From assembly GCF_902713615.1 (NCBI RefSeq), contig NC_052159.1, positions 29,253,709 through 29,317,708 on the forward strand: a stretch of DNA of 64,000 bases, in the 5' to 3' direction. The DNA comes from Scyliorhinus canicula (lineage: Eukaryota). This document shows, one piece after another, positions 24,160 to 37,790 of the stretch (the stretch's first letter is position 1; each line of letters opens with the position of its first letter). The notes beneath the pieces were generated by a model. It did no database searches. It was given only the letters and a program-made list of their open reading frames with translations, and was not told the origin of the DNA. Both the position numbers and the translations under genes were made by a program.

Positions 24160-26530
24160 TTTGTAACTTTATGATCCTTGGCCAGACCCCAAATTAAGAG
24201 ATCCGGTTTGGGACCAATTATGTTTTGTTTGAAGGAGACAAAGTTTGAGATTTAAGACACCACCTAATAGAATAAAGTCACTATTCCACAGATTTTGAAT
24301 AAACAAAAATAAAAGTTCATGACCGTTATTTTTTTTTTACAGTATCTATCTTTAGTTCTAACATTATGGTAATTATGTAGTACACTTAAATTAATAGGCG
24401 AACTGCAGTCGCACACACCACAGTGTACAATTAATGACAAGTGACCAAAACAGATTTTGTGGATTTCTCGACAACCTGGCCAGCCATTTGTTACATTGTG
24501 AACCAATAAACCTCACAAACTTCGTCTTTCTGATGAGGATTTGAAGTCTCCCATGTTCAAAGATCCCAACCGGGAATTCTCTCCAAATGTTGATCCACTC
24601 AAACAGTATCAACGACGGCCCACCTCATAGACGGCCAGCCTCTCTTTCCGAGATTTCTTTCCCCAGGCTTTCTGCGTACACTTGAGTTTCATCTTACAAG
24701 CACAGTTTCTGCTCTTTGACTGTGCCAAACAGACCACTATCATAGAATTTACAGTGCAGAAGGAGGCCATTTGCCCCATCAAGTCTGCACCGGCTCTTTG
24801 AAAGAGCACCCTACCCAAGCCGACATCTCCACTCTATCCCCATAACCTAGTAACCCCACCCAAAACAAAGGGAAATTTTGAACACTAAGGGCAATTTAGC
24901 GAGGCCAATCCACCTAACCTGCACATCTTTGGACTGTGGGAGGAAACCGGAGCACCCGGAGGAAACCCACGCACGCATGGGGAGAATGTGCAGACTCTGC
25001 ACAGACAGTGAACCAATCCGGGAATCGAACCTAGGACCCTGGAGCTGTGAAGCAATTGTGCTAATCACCGTGCTGCCCACTACTACTTCAAAAAGTTACG
25101 TCTGACCTAACGGCCGACAGCAAGTAGTCACCGAGGTTTGGCTGTCTTCTCTCTTCAGGGCTTCTCCCAAGCCCGTTTTAAAAGTCTGCTCCTCACAACC
25201 TTTTTTTAAAATTGGGGATTGTTTCTCCTTTTCTTAACTGGGACCTTTCCCGCCCCCTTTTCTCTGCCCCTGCCTCTGGGACACTTCATGGGACCTCCCC
25301 CTGTCAGTCGGGCTTGTCCCTCTCCCTGTGATTATTTCTCCCTATTTGATTATGGTGCTCAGGACCCAGTCACCTGGCCTGGGTTTTCAAGCATGTTTCT
25401 TTCCTATGTGCAGGGCCTGTCCTGGCCTGAAGATATGAAATATCCAAACCGCACATGTGAAGCCAATTCCCAAAATTCGTCAGGACTTGAGTTCCCAACC
25501 TCCAAGCTATGTTTGGGCTTCTTAGCACTGTTGTAATGGTCCTTCCTGTTTGTTCCTGTTAATTCCCTTGTTTCCCTATTTATTTTAGCCATTACATTTT
25601 TGTTCCATGGATGATTTAAGGACATGTATTTCAGGCAGTCTGTATCATTCATTTAAGCAGAGGGAAGCAGTGTGTGTGCCTTTCAGATGAGTTCAGCAGC
25701 TAGAGAGACCACTCTGTTAGTCTGTGCTGGTTCAAACTGGAGCTGGCACCGAATGACTGGGGCTCAGTTTGTTGACTTGGCTGATGGCCAATGAATTGGC
25801 TGGAAAGGTGTGCTCTGCCCGGTAACATGTTGTGATTTGAACTGATCCCACTGGAATGTTTTCAGAGTCACGAAGGTTTGAGTTCCATTTCAGTTTTAAT
25901 TCCGGCAGCCTGGCTAAAGAGATCTAACTAACTCTTTCCAAAAAGATCTAACTCATCCTCTTTAGAGGGCCACGGTGAGGGCTGACTCTCTCTCTCTCTA
26001 AGTCAGGGTGTTGTTCTCGAGACTGCAGAGGCCTGAAGTCAAAATTAAGCTGGAAGCAAGGTTTGATGTGATATAAAGTGTCTCTCCAGAAAGCCTGCTG
26101 CCTGTGAGTACTGCATTATTTTTCCAAACTACAAGGGCCACCAATGAGTGACTCTACAAGGAAGACCATTACCGGCTGCAAACCAGACACTTTAATCAAC
26201 GAGCTTGCTAAAAGAACCACCATTTGAAGCAAAGACCTTCATCCTTACTATTTTTACCCATTTCCACCCTCTGTCTGGGTAGAGGGTGGGACAGTAAAGT
26301 AGGTATTTGCTTGTCATTAACCGATTGTATGTACTGCATATTGCATGATAGTTCTTGGTGTAAATCAACAATAATTGTGTTTCAACTACCTGGTGACTAA
26401 TTATTGCACAGCCAAGGGCCAAAGATATGGGGATTTTGTATATAAGTATTATTGGTTAATTCACTTGTGTTGTGACTTCGGGGCATATGGGGCTGGAATT
26501 GACCGTGCACTTGTCCAGGGTGGTGGAGAG
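24160..26530. repeat. Probable LTR-like or unclassified interspersed repeats
   Basis: The start TTATGATCCTTGGCCAGACCCC resembles the start of the element at 61305. No coding motifs. Boundaries and TSDs are unresolved. Confidence 0.3.
24739..25078 (-). mobile_element. HE1/V-SINE, CR1-tailed
   Basis: Full head, core and CR1-type tail ending ...CACTGTAAATTCTATG. Confidence 0.9.
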
Positions 26531-27790
26531 TATATTGTGACTTACCGTCTTGTTAGAAATTAACATGGATTGTTTTGAATACCCTTCAATCTGTTTTTGT
26601 AAACAATTAAAAATATAATTGAAGTGTTCCTCTAAATATGTTCTAATATTTCAAGTCCAGTAAAAGCAAATCGCTTAATAAACAAAAATGCTTAAAGCAA
26701 AGGTGCATTTTTTCCTTCTCTTCCAATCTCCCTATAGGACAGTGAGTTGAAGTCTACTTAATTGAGTTCCTATCCTACAAGTTGAAATGGCTGAATGTGG
26801 TCATAGCTAATTGTTTAAGGAACCTTGAGGGGATGTTTTCGACCCCATCCTTCAAATTGACATTTTGATGAAATGTGTGTTAAGCGAAGAAAAAGGACTT
26901 GTGCATTGTGAGGAGACCAAGATCTCACCCTGTATTTCCTTGGAGGCAACTCTCATGTGGCTGCACAGACACAATTCGGAGAGCCATCTGCAATTCATAA
27001 CTCAGTTTGGCCAACTGTGGTGTGCTTGTCTGCTCGGACAAAGGACCCTGCAACCTTCCTTTCAAGCCTTAATGGTTCAGACATTTAACCATCTTGCAGG
27101 CTCAGGTAACGGGTACACATCCCTTGTCAAAGATAACCTGGAATGGTGGGAATCGTGACATGGACCTCCTAGCTTATGGAACCAGTTATATTGTCTTGCT
27201 GTACTGTAAACTCGGCCTGCTGTTTTATCATATAATTAACAGCATCGCAGAAAAGGAACTCTGCCCAGGTTGAATATCTAGCCCCATGCACACTTTCTGT
27301 TGGAACTTTTGTACCATCACCTATAAGACTGATAACTTCAAGTGTGCCTCTCTCATCGTGTGAAGTTAACTCCACCAGAAAGTTGAATTAATCACATGGT
27401 TTGCAGCCCATCAACCTCCATGGAAGAATACCGCATTGGTCTTTGATTCTGGGCTCTGGAACCCTAATGAAACAATTATTTTTCTTTGTGGTTTTTGAAC
27501 TGTAAATATTTATTTTACCGTGCTTTAAGGAGAGCTCGAGTGTCTTTGAAGCATTTTTTGTCCCCTCCAAATCGTTGACCTCTCGTTGAGAGTTGAGAAA
27601 AAAATATGACCTTTTTAAGACGTGTTTTTAGGTATATTGTTTTGACATTCAAGGGCAGGCTGTGTTTCTTGCATGCAAAATTGAAGAGATCGAGAATGGT
27701 TTGCAAATCTGGTGCAGAATGGTCAATGACACTGCAGCCACCTGCAAATTGTAGTTCATGGATGTCTACGGTGGTCAGTTTAGTTTTGGT

Positions 27791-27975
27791 ACTTCCGGTA
27801 CAGCTCTGTAGGGGGAAGACGTGCAGCAGACCATCGAAGGCCTGGAAAGTGAAGTGAAAGCGCAGGAAAAAACAATTCTGGAGTTTCAGGGATTTTTCTT
27901 TTGTTTTGTTTGTTTGTTTAGTCCGGGGGGTATTTTTATGTTTTTTTATATTTAAAAAAAAGAAAACCCACGCAG

Positions 27976-28014
<39 letters not shown>

Positions 28015-31000
28015 AAGGTAGGTACAGGGGGGGAGAGCCACAAGGGACCATGGGAGAAATAAGTGTGCGAGAGGATCCGGAGAACATAAAAAAAAGGTGC
28101 GGGAGGAACCGGAGCCGGAGAGGAGCAGGTGAATTGAGAGCAGGGTAAGGAACAGCAGAAGGGAAAGAAAGAGACAGACAGATGGCTGGAGGAAAGAAAA
28201 ACACCAAGGTGACGGGACAGTGATACGCAAGCAGCAGCAACGGGGGTAAGGCACATGAATGCCGGGCGCGCAGGCAGGCAACCACACAAGATGAGACGGA
28301 TGTACAGGTGAGCCTGAAAGGGAAAACGATGGAGGACCAAGCAGCGGAGCGTGAGCAGAACGCAGCAAAGGAGTGCCAAGCAATGATGAAGGAAACGACG
28401 CACCAAATGCAGCAGACCATCGAAGGCCTGGAAAGGGAAGTGAAGGCGCAGAAAAAAACAATTCTGGAGTTGGAGAGGGCCGCCTTGGACCAGAGTGACA
28501 GGGTGATAACCCTAGAAGCAGAGGTCAAAAGGTTAGTAACGGCACAGGGGAGCCGAAGAGGGAAAGTGGAGAATCAGGAAAATAGGTCCAGATGGCAGAA
28601 TATTAAAATAGTGGGTCTGCCAGAGGGGATAGAGGGCAGAGACCCAGCAGGCTACATCACCCAAATTATGGGAAGCTAGTGGGAAAGGAGGTATTCCCAA
28701 ACCCACCGCGAGGTTCAGGTTTAGCACAGGGCTAAAGAGTTGGCTTTTAAAGCAGACCAAGGCAGGCCAGCAGCACGGTTCAATTCCCGTAACAGCCTCC
28801 CTGAACAGGTGCCGGAATGTGGCGACTAGGGGCTTTTCGCAGTAACGTCATTTGAAGCCTACTTGTGTCAGTAAGCGATTTTAATTTCATTTCAAATAGA
28901 CAGGGCGCACAGGTCGCTCCGACGTAAGCCCAAAGCTGGGGACCGGCCCAGAGCAATTATTGCGAAGCTGCACCAGTTCCAAGACTGGGAGAGAATCCTA
29001 AAGTGGGCCTGGCAAACGAAACAGCACGTGTGAAGGGCAGACCATAAGGGTGTATCAAGACATTGGGGTGGACCTAGCCCAAAAAAAAGAGCTGAATTCA
29101 GCAAGGCGAAATCAGCACTGCATAAAAGCAAGGTAAAATTTGGGATGTTATTCCCAGCCAAACGCTGGGTAACATTTGAGGGGAAAGAGCTGTATTTCAA
29201 CACCCCAGTGGCGGCTGATGAGTTGGTTAGAGCGAACAAGCTGGGGGACGAGCTCACGCAACCGCAATGAAAGACATGGGGGCGGAAAAGGAAGGGAAAA
29301 CTAGAACAAAGAGCGGAGAACAGACCGCAAACAAGGACATTGGACTGATGAACTGTGCACAAGTGTGTTATGCCTTGCACGGGACTGTGCTGTCTTGTTT
29401 CAGAACTTGTCTCCTCTCTCAATGCAATGGTGGGTGGGGTGGAGCAAGGGAAATGAGGGTGAGGAAAGCAAACAGGAGGGCGAGACAAGGGCCAGTAGGG
29501 GAAAGGTTAAACAGGGCTAGAATTGGGCGAATACTGGGAGGAGGGCCAGCGCGGGAGGGCAGGATGGAAGGAGGGCCACTGCGCCCCTCTCAGGGGAGGG
29601 GGGAGCATCTGACACAAGGAGAAGGGGGGGGGGGAGAAGCAGGAGGGGGACAACGGGACAGGGGCTGGGAGGGAGGGGGGAGAGAGGAGTCTGGGGGAGA
29701 GCGCAGGACAAAAGAGAAGGGTGAGATAGTGAAGCAGTACAGACGTAGGCCTCGGCGGGCATGGAACAGGGCAAGGAACCAAGAGGGTGCCGCAAACAGC
29801 CACTCGAGGGGGCGTCAGGGCGGAGGGAGACCCCGGAGCGCAGGGATGCACCCGTGTGGCGTGTACACAGCTGGTGACCTTATTGAGTGCCCCCTGGGTA
29901 AAAGGAAACCCCTGAGCACTGGGGCCCGATCCCATGGTGAGAGCGGTAACCATGGCCATTTTGGACGGCACCCGAGCAAAGGGGCGCGTCCACCAGGTAA
30001 GTATGGGTGATCCCACAGGACCGGGGGGTCAGAAACCCCCCAAAGATTGTTACCTGGAACATAAGGGGACTCAACGGCTCAGTGAAAAGATCCAGAGTGT
30101 TCGCCCACCTACGAAGCCTAAAAGCAGACATAATCTACCTACAAGAGACGCAGCTGAGGGAGAAGGACTGACTGCTGGTAAGGAAGGGCTAGGTGTGATA
30201 GACGTACCACTCATGCTACGGGACGAGGGCTAGGGGTAGCAATATTAATTAGCAAAAGGACGAACTTTATGGGAACCAAGACAGTTACGGACCCGGGGGA
30301 AGGTACGTCATTGTCAGTGGTGTCCTGGAAGGGACACCTGTCCTACTGGTAAATGCGTACGCTCCCAACTGGGACGACTCTGAATTCATAAAGAAAACCA
30401 TGGCGGAAATCCCCGACCTTGACACACACCGACTAATTATGGGGGGGGGGGGGGGCGCACGTGACTTTAACTGCGTGCTGGACCCACTAACCGCCCGATC
30501 AAACCCCAGAATGGGGAAAACGTCTGGTATGGCTAGGGAGCTAGGGGCCTTCATGGACAGATGGGGGCGGTGGACCCATGGAGTTTCCTGCACCTGGGAG
30601 AAAAGGAGTACTCGTTCTTTTAGCAGGTGCACAAGGTACACACTCATTTCGACTTTTTTGCAGTGGGGAAATCAGTGCTTCCAGGGATCACGGGAACAGA
30701 CTACTCCGCGATTGTTATCTCCGAGCATGCTCCACATTATATGGATGTCAGGTTGGAGACAGGCCGGGCCCAGCGCCCCACATGGAGGCTGGACCTCTTG
30801 GCTGACAAGGCCAGGACCTCCTGGCCGACGAGGCTTCCTGCCAAAACGTATCGCAGGCCATAGGCGATTATGTTAGTAACAACCAAAACGGGGAGGTCTC
30901 GCCCTCCCAAGTTTTGGGAGGCACTGAAGGCCGTGATCAGAGGGAGATCATAGCCTACAAGGCACGTAGAGATAGGGAAGAGAGGGTGGCCAGGCAACAG

Positions 31001-32567
31001 CCACTGGACTCCATTCTAGAAGTCTATAGAAAGTACTCCGAAGCAACGTCCATAGAGCTGCTGGCGGAGGGGAAAAAGCTGCAAATGGACTTTAACTTGC
31101 TATCCAATAGGAAAGCAGTGTACCAACTCCGCCAGACACGGTGGATCGTCTATGAACATGGAGACCAGGCTGGCCGCCGATTGGCTCACCGGCTGAGAAA
31201 GCAGGCAGCCACGAAATAGCACAGGTTAAGGATAGCAAAGGCAGACTAGTAACAGAGCCAAAGGAGGTCAATTGGGCATTTGAGATCTTCTGCCGGAGAT
31301 TGTAGACCTCTGAGCCCCCAGATGGGGATGCAGGAATGAAGCAGTACCTAGACAGACTGGAACTACCAGTTGTGGGGGAACACAGGTGGGGGGGAGCTGG
31401 AAGCACCAATAGACCTGGAGAAGTCTTGGAGAGCATCAGCTCCATGCAGGCGGGGAAGGCACCGGGACCCGACGGGTTCTCGGCAGACTACTACATAAAA
31501 TTCGCACCAGTCCTAGTCCCACACCTAAGGGACATGTTCGCGGACTCACTGGCAGGGGGCACCCTGCCCCCAACGCTAGCGCAGGCCACAATCTCACTAA
31601 TACCCAAAAAAGATTAAAGACCTGACAGAATGTGGATTATACAGACCCATTTCACTGCTGAACATGGATGTGAAAATGTTCACAAAGGTCCTAACCAAAA
31701 GGCTGGAGGGCTGTGTACCAGAGGTGCCGTTTGCAGAGGACCAAACAGGCTTTGTCAAGGGTAGGCAACTCATAGTGAACATCAGGCGGCTGCTGAATGT
31801 GATAATGAGAACACCAGAGGTGATCGTCTCCCTGGATGCAGAAAAGGCCTTTGACAAGGCCTATGATAGAGTCGAATGGAGCTACCTCCTTGAGGTACTG
31901 GAACGGGTTGGGCTAGAAGCGGGATTCACTGCCTGGGTGAGGCTCCTGTACATTGCTCCCAAAGCGAGTGTCCGAACTAACACCACCTGCTCTGAATACT
32001 TCCAGCTACAGAGAGGAACAAGACGGGGCTGTCCCCTCTCCCCACTCTTGTTTGCGCTAGCGAGCGAACCCCTGGCGATAGCCCTGCGGAACGCAAAAAG
32101 CTGGAAGGGAATCCGGAGAGAAGACAGAGAGCACAGAGTCTCACTCTATGCAGGTGACCTGCTCCACTATGTCTCAAAGCCACAGGAGGGACTGACGGCA
32201 ATACTGCAAATACTGAAAGAGTTTGGAACGTTCTCGGGCTATAAACTTAACCTGGGCAAAAGCGAGACATTCCCAGCGAACCCAAAAGCGAGAGGGACCG
32301 AGCTGAAGGTTCCAAACTCTTTCAGTATTTGCATAAGAAACCACGAGAAAAGGAAGGGTGCTGAAACCAATGTGGGGGGAGGAAAGGGGGATATCATAGA
32401 CTGATCCAGAGGGCAGCCAAATGTACGTACAGTTATTCAAATGAAGGACAAAACAAACCTCTCTATAAAATAAAGCAAATTAGCACGGGCAAGGAAAATG
32501 TAATGTATATAAGTAACAACTGTTGATAAATATCCGAAAAGCCAATAAAAAGATTTCCAAAACAAAA
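27791..32567 (+). mobile_element. L1/Tx1-like LINE, second family, with the 3' part of ORF2 deleted
   Basis: 5' end ACTTCCGGT, ORF1 (ENRSRWQNIKIVGLPEGIEG), ORF2 motifs (VNAYAPN, KAPGPDGF, GTRRGCPLSPLLF, YAGD, YKLNLGKS), AATAAA at 32544, A-rich tail, and 14-bp TSD AGTTTAGTTTTGGT at 27777-27790 and 32568-32581. Confidence 0.92.
28710..28894 (+). mobile_element. Short tRNA-derived SINE, second family, with (CATTT)n tail, inside L1 ORF1
   Basis: GGTTTAGCACAG..GGTTCAATTCCC..GGAATGTGGCGACTAGGGGCTTTTC..GAAGCCTACTTGTG..CATTTCA. Further copies occur in this window. Confidence 0.85.
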
Positions 32568-33869
32568 AGTTTAGTTTTGGTGTGGAGGCAATTTAGATTA
32601 AAGAGTTGTCTATCTCGATGATATTTATTACTCCCAGCAGAGGGCAAAATTATCTTTGTAGTTAATAGCCACTGTCAGGGAGATTTTAAATAGGATGGGG
32701 CCATTACAGAGCCTTGCTTGACACCGTTCCAAATTTTGGCGTTTGTTTTAGGTCTCCCACTCAAGACAGTTGCAGTCATATGATCGTGAAGCAGTATAGT
32801 GAAGCGTTTTTCATCCCTTTGTTGGCTTGTTGCAGCTCTCACCAATGGTGGTTTATTCATGGATTCTACGACATGGTACTGAAGGATATTATGGAAAGTA
32901 TCCGTTGCCACAGTGGATTCACATTTGAGTTGCTGCTGAAAGTGTTCTTTTCAATGTTATGGATGGTATTGTCACCCAGCCACCATCCTATGAGTGAAAG
33001 GGATTTTGTCTATTTGACCTTGGTCCATAGATGGTCTAGGTGATTTCAAAACAGTTTTGCACCTTGTGACAGCCAACATATTGTTGAATCTCTTGGGCTT
33101 TCTCTTCCCACCATATGTTCTTTATTTTTTGGATTTGTCTCAGGGTGTCAGCCTTGTGCTGTTGGAATACTACCGTAACTTGTGACCTTGGATTGTTCTG
33201 CAAGTCAATGAAGGCTGCTTGTTTTTGTTCCACGAGATGTCATATTTCAGCACTGTTTTTGTTGAACCAGTCATGGTGAAAATGATTCTCAAACCCAATG
33301 GTCTGGACACAGGATTCTAGTGCAGCTAACTATTGGACTTCACTGTTCTGAAGTTGACATGGCGGTGTGAAGGTTTTCCAGATTGGTTGTGAGCCGCAGT
33401 TAGAATTTTTCTCTTCAGTCAGGCTGAGACATCAGTCCTGCACTTTAGGGTTGTACAATATCTTGATGCTAAGTGGATGTTCATCACTGATCGGACAAAT
33501 TGATGATCTATCTGGAAGGCAATCAGTCTCCACATGGGCCAAGTAATATAGACATCAATTAGACCGTTGGAATGAACAGTCAGATAATCCAGGGGGTGCC
33601 AAAATTTTGGTCTAAGATTCTTCCATGTGGTTTTGTACTTGGCCTTTTGGCATAGAGGGTGTTTTTTATAACGAGGCCAAGCTGAGCACATTTTGTCAAC
33701 AGGAGTACACCATTTACATTGACTTTTTCCACCCAGCTTTTCCCAATGGATCCCCTCGAGACATTGGATTTTTGTCCAGCCCTGGCATTCAGGTCCCCCA
33801 GAAAGATCTCCTTCTGGATAGTAGCGAGGACTTCAAGGTCAAGTAGAACTTTTTCTTAATGTCTTACTA

Positions 33870-34600
33870 CAATTGTGTAGGGGCATAGTTTTGGTCTCCT
33901 TACCAAAGGAGTAACATAGAAACAAAAAGGTAGGAGCAGGAGTAGGCCATTCGGCCCTTTGAACCTGCTCCAGCATTCACTGATCATGGCCGATCATCCA
34001 ACTGAGTAATCTGTCACTGCTTCTCCCCCCCCCCCCCCCCCCCCCCCCCAATACCCTTTGATTCCCTTTAGCCCCAAGAGCTATACCTGACTCCTTCTTG
34101 AAAGCATAAATGCTTTGGCGTCATCTATTTCTGTGATGGAGGATTTCTCAAGGTCACTACTCTGGGTGAACAAATTTCTCACCTCAGTCCTAAATGGTGT
34201 ACTCGTATCCTCAGTCTGTGACCCCAGGTTCTGGACTCCCCGCCTGTGGAAACATCCTTCTTGCACCTGCCCTGTCTAGTCCTGATGATCTTTTTCTCTC
34301 GCTCTCAGATTCAAAACTGAATGCACTTTTCAAGGTGTGGTCTCACCAAGACTTTTTATAACTGCAGCAAGGCCGTGGTAGGGTGGTTCCTCAAATGAGG
34401 TGGTTGTCCTGAGAGATTTAATAGACTACTGTTATATTTCCCATGAAGAATGGTAGTTGATCTAATGGAAACTTAAAATTCTTAGATTCTGAGAAAATGT
34501 TTTCCTTGGCTGGGGAATCGAGAACCTGGGATCACAGTCTCAAAATATGGGTCAGGACTGAGCTAGAGAAATTGCTACGTTGGTTGTGAATCTTTTGAAT
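33870..34600. mobile_element. CR1 3'-end fragments in both orientations
   Basis: AGGAGCAGGAGTAGGCCATTCGGCCC tail on the - strand, inside an older + strand CR1 remnant. Confidence 0.65.
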
Positions 34601-35016
34601 TCAATTCAATGTTGAATTTATAACTCTGAAACTGATCATTTTGTAATTCAACATTCTCAAAATTAACGTAACATTTTAAAATTTCAAGTTTTACGCTATA
34701 AAAAATTTCAATGGATTAAGTTGAATTTTAAAATTTCTGTTCCATTGCACAAAAGAGAGGAGTGTTCAGAATGCAGAACCTTCAGTTTAAGATCACTTTC
34801 TATGCTGGTGAATAAAATTTATCTGATGGCATTCAGCTGTGGGCACTTGGAATGTGTGGCAGAAGCAGATCTGTTTCAACTATTTCTAAAGTTATTTGTA
34901 GCTTGCTGTTAATGTGCTGAGAATGTAAAAACAGTTTTTTAAAAACAAAAGTATTTATGTGTATCTAATTGACTTGTTCCTGGAGATCGAGTAATTAGCA
35001 TGCCAGTGGCGTGGTG

Positions 35017-35030
35017 GTTGCTATGGCAAT
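35017..35030. promoter_or_regulatory. RFX X-box-like palindrome in unique sequence
   Basis: GTTGCTATGGCAAT compared with the consensus GTTGCCATGGCAAC, flanked by TAATTG/TAATTA motifs. Confidence 0.4.
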
Positions 35031-36932
35031 AGATATCAGCAATATAATTGATGCAAGTAAGCCCATTTAAAGTTGCGGACGGCAGGGGCAAGTTTTGAAC
35101 CTGTCTTGGTTACATTGAACCTTGATCATCCCCACCTAAGCAGTGTGTGCTGGTTTTAATTTTCTATATGAAATTATTTTCGATATAATTTTGAAGTGAA
35201 TTTAATAACAAAAATTACTTTTATGCTGCATTTATGTCTCAATATATAATCGAGGGGGTCATTGAGAGTGGAATGCATGAATTTGAGTGTTAGTACACCG
35301 TTGATAGCTAGAACCATCCTTCTATACAATACAAATGAATTCACATACCCAAAACAGCTGAGAAACTACAAAACCAGCAACTGTTAACCACCGGAATCCA
35401 TTGTATCTGAATGCAAGGTCAGACATAGTAGCAGATGAAGTAGCATGTAGCGGAAAGCAATTTTGAAAGCTGCTAGCATAACTATGTTTAAGAAATTCAG
35501 TTTGAAAGTTAGGCTCCTATGCAAGTTAGGCTCCTATGCAAGGAAGAGAGCTCTTGTTTTGGATAACAACCTGGAGGAGGAACCCCGAATGAAGCAAGGA
35601 TAAACAAAATCAATCCAAGTTTGAAGATTTTGTATTTTAGGAAGGAGTTGATGGAAATGATCCATTAATTAAGCAGATTTTTTTATTTTGGCCACACAGG
35701 CAACAATGAGAGAAACTAGCTTTTTTTTTTTGAAGGTGGTGATTAAGGAAGAAATGTTGACCAAAACACCAAAAGGTTTCCTCGCTCTTGGAATAGTGTC
35801 ATTGGATCTTTTAATATCCATCTGAACCAAGAGAGAGTAAAGGCAGTTAACACCAACAAAAAATTGTTCCCTTGGTACTAAGTGGAGAATCAACTTTGCT
35901 AATGTTTTGAAAATTTGAAGGCAAGTGTGCTAAAAGCTAAGCCGAGATGACGGGCATAAGATGAATTCAGCCGATGGTTCTTGATGGCAGGACGGTAATT
36001 ATACATGATGTAATCTTCCACGAATGAAGTCTGAACTAGCTGACCTGAAAAATAATAGTTTAGGATACCTGGAAAATTGTGTTAACCAAGGAAACAGACC
36101 AAATCAATCATATTAAATGCACTGTAGGTGTTTGAAATGATCAGGTAATTTAGATAACATTATTACATATATGTGCAACTCAGTTCAATCTTACATTGAT
36201 TGTTCCACAGCAATTTCCAGGTTCTTAAAACTTCAGTCCATTCAAACAGAAATTCAATGAGTTGCAGTCAACTATTTACTCGGCATTTTAACATAGTAAA
36301 GACACTCGGGTTCATTTTTAGTGACTAAATTTCAGAGCTTTCAGTTGAGTATTATTTATGGGCAGTGAGCCAAACCTAGGCACATTTAAATTAATGTATG
36401 TTTTGCAGATTATGCATTTACAAGGCGTCCAACCTTTAGGTAAATTGGGTTTATTAAGCAACTGCACTTGTGAAGACTTGGTTAATCTGTGTTGTAAGCA
36501 CTAAAATAGAGGTCTTCAACAGGTAGATTGTATGCAGGGAGTATATTCCTGGCACTTTTTCATTTCCTGCAACAAAATACGCAAGCTTACAAAATTGATG
36601 TATAAATTATATTATTATGTGAAATCCATTCCATTTAAGAGTAAAATTAGAAGTACCTTTTTCACCAGGAGTACTAGAAATATCTTCCTACCTTTCATAA
36701 CCCCCCCCCCCCCCCCCCCCCCCCCCAATCCCCTCAACAGCAGGATCAATTACAATTTTAAAGAATTAGGTGGAGAGATTTAGGCAAGGCAAGGATATGC
36801 ACTGATCAACCACGATGCAGTGGAAAGATGGAATAGGTTTAGAAGGCCTACTCATGTCCTTGTGTTTTGAAAGTTCTGTAATAGTCTTCAAGCTCCTGAC
36901 TAGATAAAATTAAATACTTGAATTACTCATTT

Positions 36933-37225
36933 GGTCAGCACGGTGGAACAGTGATGAGCACTGTTGCCTCTCAGCGCCAGAAACCCCGGTTTGCTTCCGA
37001 CCTCTGTGACTCTGACATTTACACATTCTTTCTGTGTCTGCGTTGCTTTCCTCCGGGTGCTCCGGTTTCCTCCCACAGTCCAAAGATGTGCAGGTTAGGT
37101 GGATTGGCTATGCTAAATTGCCCTTAGGTGGGGTTACAGAAATAGGTAGGGTGCTCTTTCAGAGGGCTAGTGCAGATTCGATGGGCCAAATAGCCTCCTC
37201 CTGCACTGTAGGGAGTCTGTGATTG
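36933..37225 (+). mobile_element. HE1/V-SINE
   Basis: Head, core and CR1-type tail. Confidence 0.85.
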
Positions 37226-37459
37226 ATAGTGCAGGAAATTGCTGAAAAGACATGCATGTTGCTGCAACTTTCCATTTTGAGCTCTTCAGGACAAATGCAA
37301 GAATGCCAAGTTTCAAACAATCACACAGTTTATATTACATGAGAAAGGGTGCTGATTGGTTGGCATATTGTCTCTGGCTGCGGTGTTGCAATGGAGAAAG
37401 CAATGGTAAATTGTAGGTTCCCATGGTCCTGGGTAGTTCAAAAACGGCACAAGGCTTGA

Positions 37460-37790
37460 CATAGAATCATCCCTGCAGTGCAGAAGAAGCTATTCGGCCC
37501 ATTGAGTCTGCGCCAACTCTTTGAAACAGTGCACTACCCAGGCCCATTCCCCCACGATCACATTCATTGATCATGGCCAAGTCACCTCTGCACGTCTTTG
37601 GACACTAGGGGGCAATTTATCATGGCTAGTCCATCTAACTTGCACATCTTTGGACTATGGGAGGAAACCAGAGTACCCAGAGGAAACTAAATCCAGAAAT
37701 GGGGAGAATGTGCAAACTTAGACAGTAACCCAAGGCCGGATCGAACCCAGGTCCCTGGCACGGTGAGATAGCAGTGCCACCAGGCCAACC
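37460..37790 (-). mobile_element. HE1/V-SINE
   Basis: Reverse-complement core and tail (CATAGAATC...). Confidence 0.82.

Larger units (their letters stand above)
26735..33860 (-). mobile_element. Degenerate RTE (BovB-like) LINE split by an L1 insertion (parts ~26735-27790 and 32568-33860)
   Basis: ILLHDHMTATVL..GVKQGSVMAP, LQFA.GC..LQTILDLFNFACKK.SL.LNVK and WWEEKAQEIQQY are RTE-type RT/linker motifs. Confidence 0.72.

Noticed and set aside
27515-28528. 337-aa - strand ORF and similar long antisense ORFs
   Set aside because: They are antisense to L1 ORF1/5' UTR and cross homopolymers and an RTE remnant. There is no independent coding signal.
35507-35541. Short tandem duplications (GTTAGGCTCCTATGCAA x2; TGTGTCATTCTATGAT x2 at ~48183) and many poly-C/G runs
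   Set aside because: Ordinary slippage products with no spacer structure. No CRISPR-like array is present.
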